From Myxococcota bacterium (GTDB lineage: Bacteria > Myxococcota_A > UBA9160 > UBA4427): DNA of 64,000 bases. Numbering within the stretch: position 1 is the stretch's first letter; each line of letters begins with the position of its first letter. The notes below the pieces were generated by a model that saw only the letters and a list, made by a program, of their open reading frames with translations, was not told where the DNA came from and did not search any database. Below, in pieces: positions 59,514 to 64,000 of this stretch. The stretch is taken from contig JBNLVL010000034.1 of the NCBI GenBank assembly GCA_050618075.1, positions 271,268-335,267 on the forward strand, given 5' to 3'. A program made the translations under genes and the position numbers.

Positions 59514-60865
59514 GGCAGCGAGCCGCCGGGACCCGGCCCCCCACCGCCCTCGCCTTCGCCGCCTCGCTGGCGGCCGTCGCGGCCCTCGGCCTGGCGACGA
59601 GCGCGCTCGCAGAGGGCGTCCCGTCCGGACAGGAAGCGTGCCGGGTGAGCGCGGAGGTGCATCCGGCGCGCGCCGTGCCCGGCCAGCAGATCCTCTACGT
59701 CGCGCGCATCGTGCGCCGGGAAGACGTGACCCGCATCGACTGGGAACGCCCGCTCTCGTTCCCGGGCTTCCGCGCCGAGTGGCTGCCGGGTCGGGCGGAG
59801 GACACGACGATGCACTACCGGGGTGTGAGCTACCTGGCGCGCGAGGAGCACCGCGCGCTGTTCGCCGCGCGACCGGGCGACTTCACCCTCCCGGTCGCCA
59901 GCGTCCGCTGCGTGATCGGCGCGCGCGGACCCCGACCCGAGTCGGTCGCGGTCGTCGAGCTGCCCCCGATCGAGGTGCGGATCGACCCGATCCCCGTGCA
60001 GGGGAGACCGCCTGGCTTCGCCGGGCTCGTGGGCCCCGTGCACGCCCAGGCCATCGCCGAGCCGAGCTCGCTGGCGCTCGGTGGAACCGTCGGGCTCTCC
60101 ATCCAGGTCCGCGGCGCGAACAACCTCTGGGCCATCGGGTCTCCCCTGGGCGAGGGTTCCCTCGAAGGAGCCGACCTGTTCGCGCACCCTCCGGAGCTGG
60201 CCCTCGACGAGGGCCAGCGACTCGGGGTGCGTCGCTTCTTCCGCTACCGGATCGTGCCCCGCCGCACGGGTCGGCTGCGCATCCCCGCGCTCCGCTTCGC
60301 CTACTACGACCCCGCGTTGCGCCGCTTCGGCCGGGCGACGACCCGGGCCCTCGAGATCGAGGTGACGCCCCGACCGGCCGCGGACCCCCGGCGGTGGCCT
60401 CCGGACGCCGCGACGCCGGGCGAGGCCGGCGCCGGGTCGGGCGAGGCCGCCGCGTCCGGGCCGACCCCCTGGCTCGTCGTCGGCGTGGCCGGCCTCGTGC
60501 TGCTCGCGGGGGGCGCCGTGCTCGCCGTGCGCCGGGGGCGCGCCCACCCGTGGAAGGACGTGGAGCGCGCGCTGCAGGCCGCCGGTGCGGCCGCCGAACG
60601 GGGCGATCCCCTGGCCGAGGCCCGGGAGCTCTCCCGGGCGCTGCGCGCAGCACTCGCGCGCGTCGCCCCCGCGAAGGCGAAGCTCGACCCCGAGGCGCTG
60701 CGGCGCTCCGCGTCCTCGGCCCCGGAAGCCGTGCCACCGGAGCAGATCGTCGAGGTGGCCGCCCAGCTCGAGGCCCTGGACTGGATCCGCTTCTCGAGCG
60801 AGCTGGGTCATCCCGACGCGCCGGCGGCGCGGCGCTCGATCGAGGCCCTGCGCAAGAGCCTCTAG
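59510..60865 (+). CDS. BatD-like protein
   Basis: GTG 59510 in a GTGA overlap. Signal peptide ...ALGLATSALA/EG. Late TM segment WLVVGVAGLVLLAGGAVLAV followed by RRGR. Confidence 0.7.
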   Translation: MRQRAAGTRPPTALAFAASLAAVAALGLATSALAEGVPSGQEACRVSAEVHPARAVPGQQILYVARIVRREDVTRIDWERPLSFPGFRAEWLPGRAEDTTMHYRGVSYLAREEHRALFAARPGDFTLPVASVRCVIGARGPRPESVAVVELPPIEVRIDPIPVQGRPPGFAGLVGPVHAQAIAEPSSLALGGTVGLSIQVRGANNLWAIGSPLGEGSLEGADLFAHPPELALDEGQRLGVRRFFRYRIVPRRTGRLRIPALRFAYYDPALRRFGRATTRALEIEVTPRPAADPRRWPPDAATPGEAGAGSGEAAASGPTPWLVVGVAGLVLLAGGAVLAVRRGRAHPWKDVERALQAAGAAAERGDPLAEARELSRALRAALARVAPAKAKLDPEALRRSASSAPEAVPPEQIVEVAAQLEALDWIRFSSELGHPDAPAARRSIEALRKSL

Positions 60866-61488
60866 GGTCCCGCGAGAGCGCGCCACTGCTCGGGCGTGTT
60901 CACGTTGGTGAGCTGGCGGCCGCCGGGGTCGATGGCCTCGAGGTCCGCACCCTCGAGATAGGCCGTGTCGAGCTCGTCGAGGAGGCCGCCGAGGACCCGG
61001 TCTCCGGACGCCAAACGGCGCCGCGCCGCCGCGAGCGCCGGAGCCCGGGCGTACAGGGCGCACAGGGGATGGGCGCGACCGTCGCGCCGCGGAACCACCG
61101 CCTGGGCCGGCGGGTGGGCGAAGAGCGCGAGCAGCAGCTCCGGCTCCAGCAGGGGCAGATCGACGGCGACCACCCAGACCTGCTCGCGCTGGCTCGCCTC
61201 GAGCGCAGCGACCAGCCCGCGCAGCGCGCACTCGGGACCGGGCGGGTCGGCGGTCCAGCGCATCGACGCGCCCTCGACCTGGCGGACCTCCCCCCCGACC
61301 ACCCAGACCTCGCCCGCCAGCGGCTCGAGCATGCGCACCGCACGCTCGAGGAGCGTCGTCCCGTGGCGCTCGAGGGAGGCCTTGTCGCGACCCATCCGCG
61401 AGGACCGGCCGCCCGCGAGCACCGCGGCGGACAGCGCCGCGAGCCTTCCCTCGCTCCCGCGAGCCCGATCGGGGGACGACCTCGGCAC
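60862..61488 (-). CDS. mobA: Molybdenum cofactor guanylyltransferase
   Basis: 208 aa with AAVLAGGRSSRMGRDK. It starts 4 nt after the moeA stop. Confidence 0.8.
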   Translation of the reverse strand: MPRSSPDRARGSEGRLAALSAAVLAGGRSSRMGRDKASLERHGTTLLERAVRMLEPLAGEVWVVGGEVRQVEGASMRWTADPPGPECALRGLVAALEASQREQVWVVAVDLPLLEPELLLALFAHPPAQAVVPRRDGRAHPLCALYARAPALAAARRRLASGDRVLGGLLDELDTAYLEGADLEAIDPGGRQLTNVNTPEQWRALAGP

Positions 61489-61492
61489 CGGC

Positions 61493-62761
61493 TCAGCCGT
61501 CGAAGCCGCGCTCTTCGGAGCGGAGCACGTGTTCGTCGAGCACCAGCACGTCCACCCGGCTTCCGGCGGCGAGCTCGCTCGCCTCGGCCGGAAACACGGC
61601 CAGACCGTCGGCCAGGCCCAGGGAGGTGAGCACGCCCGAGCTCTGGTTGCCGGTGGTCCGGGCCACGTAGTCGGGCCCGTCGCGCGTGAGACGCACCCGC
61701 ACGAAGTGGGCGCGCCCGGGATTCTTGGCCAGCGGCGACTCGAGCCTCGCCGACACCACCGGGCGGTGGATGCGCCGGTGTCCGGCCATGCGCAGCAGCG
61801 CGGGGCGCACGAAGAGCTCGAAGGTCACGCTGGCCGAGACCGGATTGCCCGGCAGTCCGAACACCAGGGGCCCCGCGCCGTCCTCGAAACGGCCGAAGGC
61901 CAGCGGAAAGCCGGGCTTCATGTTCACGCCCCAGAAGACCAGCCGGCAGCCGAGCTTCTCGAGAACCGGCCGTACGTAGTCGTGGTCGCCCACCGAGACC
62001 CCCGCCGAGCTCACGATGCAATGGGCTCGCAGGCCGGCTCGCAGGCGCCGCTCCAGGTCCTCCGGGCGATCGCGCGCGATGCCCAGGTAGACCGGCGAGG
62101 CGCCGACCTCCCGGCACTGGGCCGCCAGGGTGTAGGAGTTGGACGAGACGATCCGACCGCCGGCCACGTCGCCGTCGGGCTCGACGAGCTCGTCGCCGCC
62201 GGACAGGATGGCCACGGTCGGTCGCTGGTGGACCTCGACCACGGCGCGACCGAGCGACGCGAGCAGCCCGAGCTGCGGGGGCCGCAGCAGCGTGCCGGCC
62301 TCGAGCACGCGCTCGCCGGCGGCGATGTCCTCGCCGGCTTCCCGCACATGCTCCCCGGCCGCGGGCTCCACCTCGAACGCCACGACCCCGTCGCCGTCCA
62401 GGGCGCGGGCGTCCTCCTGACGCACCACGGCGTCGGCGCCGCGCGGCACCGGCGCCCCGGTGACGATCCGCGCCGCGCTGCCGGCCGGCAGCGCGGTCTC
62501 GGCCCCGTGGCCCGCCGCCACCTCGAAGGCCACGGGCAGGCGCACGGGCTGGGCGGGCGACGCACCCTGCAGGTCCTGGCGGCGCACCGCGTAGCCGTCC
62601 ATGGCCGAGCAGTCGGCCGGGGGCAGCGTGCGCGCGGACACGACTTCCTCGACGAGCACCCCGCCCTGGGCGTCTGCGGCCGCCCGGGTCTCGCCGGGAA
62701 GCGGCCGCACGTGTTCGAGAATCGCCTCCGAGGCCTCGGCCACGCTCAGTCCGGTGCGCAT
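61493..62761 (-). CDS. moeA: Molybdopterin molybdotransferase
   Basis: ATG 62761 (MRTGLSVAEASEAIL...). Contains CSAMDGYAV and GLPGNPVSA. The upstream part of track ORF 61493..63247 was rejected. Confidence 0.9.
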   Translation of the reverse strand: MRTGLSVAEASEAILEHVRPLPGETRAAADAQGGVLVEEVVSARTLPPADCSAMDGYAVRRQDLQGASPAQPVRLPVAFEVAAGHGAETALPAGSAARIVTGAPVPRGADAVVRQEDARALDGDGVVAFEVEPAAGEHVREAGEDIAAGERVLEAGTLLRPPQLGLLASLGRAVVEVHQRPTVAILSGGDELVEPDGDVAGGRIVSSNSYTLAAQCREVGASPVYLGIARDRPEDLERRLRAGLRAHCIVSSAGVSVGDHDYVRPVLEKLGCRLVFWGVNMKPGFPLAFGRFEDGAGPLVFGLPGNPVSASVTFELFVRPALLRMAGHRRIHRPVVSARLESPLAKNPGRAHFVRVRLTRDGPDYVARTTGNQSSGVLTSLGLADGLAVFPAEASELAAGSRVDVLVLDEHVLRSEERGFDG

Positions 62762-62906
62762 GAGGCCAGGGTAGCCCGCCGCCGGGGTGGCAGTAAGTCT
62801 CCGATCCTCAAAGCGATTTCGTGCCTTGCGGCGGTTCGGGTGCACGCTAGAGTGCCCAAAAAATAGGCATCCATTCGCCGGCTCGAAGGGCCGGCCGGGC
62901 GAGCCC

Positions 62907-64000
62907 ATGCACCGCGACCCCCGCCACATCCTCGAGGCCCTTCCCGACGGGCTCGTCGTGCTCGACCCCGAAGGACGGGTCGAGTGGGCGAACGGCGAGG
63001 CCTGTCGTCTGCTGGAGCACTCGTCGGACGTGTTGACCGGGACCCCGCTGGACCGGGTCCTGGGGGCGGAGCATCCGATCGCGGTCGTCGCGCGCACCGC
63101 TCTCGGCAGCGGCCGACCGGCGGCCCAGGACGAGGCCCTGCTGGAGCGCCGCCACGGCGACGACGTCGTCCTCGACGTCACGGCCTCCCCGCTCGACGAT
63201 GCCGAGCGCCACGCCCGCGGCGTCCTGGTGGTGCTGCGGGACCGCACCCTCCGCAGCTCGCTCCGCGAGATGGTGAGCCAGCGCGAACGGCTCGACTCCT
63301 ACGGCCAGATCGCGGCCGGCATCGCCCACGAGGTGAAGAACCCGCTGGGCGGCATCCGGGGCGCGGCCGAGCTGCTGGCGCTGTGGGCCAAGGACGAGCG
63401 GGCCAAGGACACCGCCGGGATGATCGTCCGCGAGGTCGACCGCATCTCGAGCCTCGTGGAGGAGCTCATGGTCTTCGCCCGGGGCGAGGAGCTCCACGAG
63501 AGCGACGTGAACCTCCACTTCATCCTCGACGGCGTGCTGGACCTCCTGGCACACGACCGCGTGTCGGCGCAGATCGACGTCGAGCGCTTCTACGATCCCT
63601 CGATCCCCGAGTTCACCGCCGACCCGGACCGCCTGACCCAGGTCTTCCTGAACCTGTGCCGGAACGCGGCCCAGGCCATGGAGGACGAAGGCGGTCACCT
63701 CACCATCACCACGCGGATGAGCCTCGATCGCCGGATCGCCACCCCGGACGGGCGCCGGGTCCCGGCCGTGGTGATCGCGGTGTCCGACACCGGTCCCGGC
63801 ATTCCCGGAGACGTGCTGGAGCGCCTCGACACCCCGTTCTTCACCACCAAGTCGCGCGGCACGGGGCTGGGCCTGGCGGTGTCCCGACACTGGGTGACCC
63901 AGCACGGCGGCACCCTGCGCATCGCGAGCCAGCCCGGCGAGGGCACGACCGTGCGGGTGGCGCTGCCCCTGCGGCGCGCCGCGGACGCAGCGGCGAGACA
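62907..64000 (+). CDS. NtrB-family PAS sensor histidine kinase, 3' end beyond the window
   Basis: Not in the ORF track because no stop falls inside the window. Own translation from ATG 62907 gives MHRDPRHILEALPDGLVVLDPEG.... H-box GIAHEVKNPLGGIRGAAELL, N-box NLCRNAAQAM, then DTGPGIP and GTGLGLA. Confidence 0.8.
   Translation, partial: MHRDPRHILEALPDGLVVLDPEGRVEWANGEACRLLEHSSDVLTGTPLDRVLGAEHPIAVVARTALGSGRPAAQDEALLERRHGDDVVLDVTASPLDDAERHARGVLVVLRDRTLRSSLREMVSQRERLDSYGQIAAGIAHEVKNPLGGIRGAAELLALWAKDERAKDTAGMIVREVDRISSLVEELMVFARGEELHESDVNLHFILDGVLDLLAHDRVSAQIDVERFYDPSIPEFTADPDRLTQVFLNLCRNAAQAMEDEGGHLTITTRMSLDRRIATPDGRRVPAVVIAVSDTGPGIPGDVLERLDTPFFTTKSRGTGLGLAVSRHWVTQHGGTLRIASQPGEGTTVRVALPLRRAADAAAR

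Noticed and set aside
62762-62906. Moco riboswitch upstream of moeA
   Set aside because: The only CUCCGA-like element (GUCUCCGAUCC) is on the plus strand, opposite to moeA. I cannot reproduce the conserved Moco core on the correct strand without a covariance model.

Overview
Very GC-rich (about 70 % by eye, not computed), gene-dense chromosomal segment from a diderm bacterium, as shown by an AsmA-like protein, an outer-membrane barrel, lipoproteins and a Bat-type operon. I can support 51 protein-coding genes, two of them cut by the window edges. I found no rRNA or tRNA, no CRISPR array, and no transposase or integrase. Most long ORFs in the six-frame track are Arg/Pro/Gly-rich shadow frames of real genes and were discarded. 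Content from left to right: (1) a GntR regulator coupled to a His-box hydroxylase; (2) BolA plus a tandem acyl-CoA dehydrogenase (ACAD) pair; (3) an orphan GT-like gene; (4) a small-protein plus lipase-like hydrolase operon that shares an AT-rich palindromic control region with an RHH/zinc-ribbon regulator; (5) Hsp20; (6) frdABCD followed by a family-III CoA-transferase; (7) aguBA; (8) a NYN/YacP-like gene with an 8 x 18-bp in-frame repeat; (9) a 2-hydroxyacid dehydrogenase; (10) an MMPL/RND transporter, a GGCT-like ORF, a 1294-aa DUF1302-like barrel and a 3alpha-HSD-like SDR; (11) an Rhs/YD protein with an atypical C-terminus and an overlapping small ORF; (12) a PPOX, acyl-CoA synthetase and enoyl-CoA hydratase operon; (13) a secreted helical protein and a PDZ protein; (14) a second ACAD pair; (15) a GH3-GH2 operon; (16) ppsR, leuS, ctaB and a DUF374 acyltransferase; (17) an HTH gene followed by ptsP; (18) an AsmA-like gene; (19) a MoxR-DUF58-VWA-BatD operon; (20) moeA-mobA; (21) an NtrB-like kinase. 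Best candidates for something undescribed: (a) the enlarged MMPL + giant cysteine-paired DUF1302-like barrel module, which sits among steroid-type beta-oxidation genes and two KstR-type operator boxes; (b) the Sec-signal Rhs protein, whose post-core extension is a glycine-zipper block plus a sorting-signal-like tail, followed by an ATGA-coupled small ORF; (c) the RHH-zinc-ribbon regulator with TTGTAATACAA palindromes controlling a lipase-like operon. All functional calls rest on motif recognition by eye; no database search was possible.
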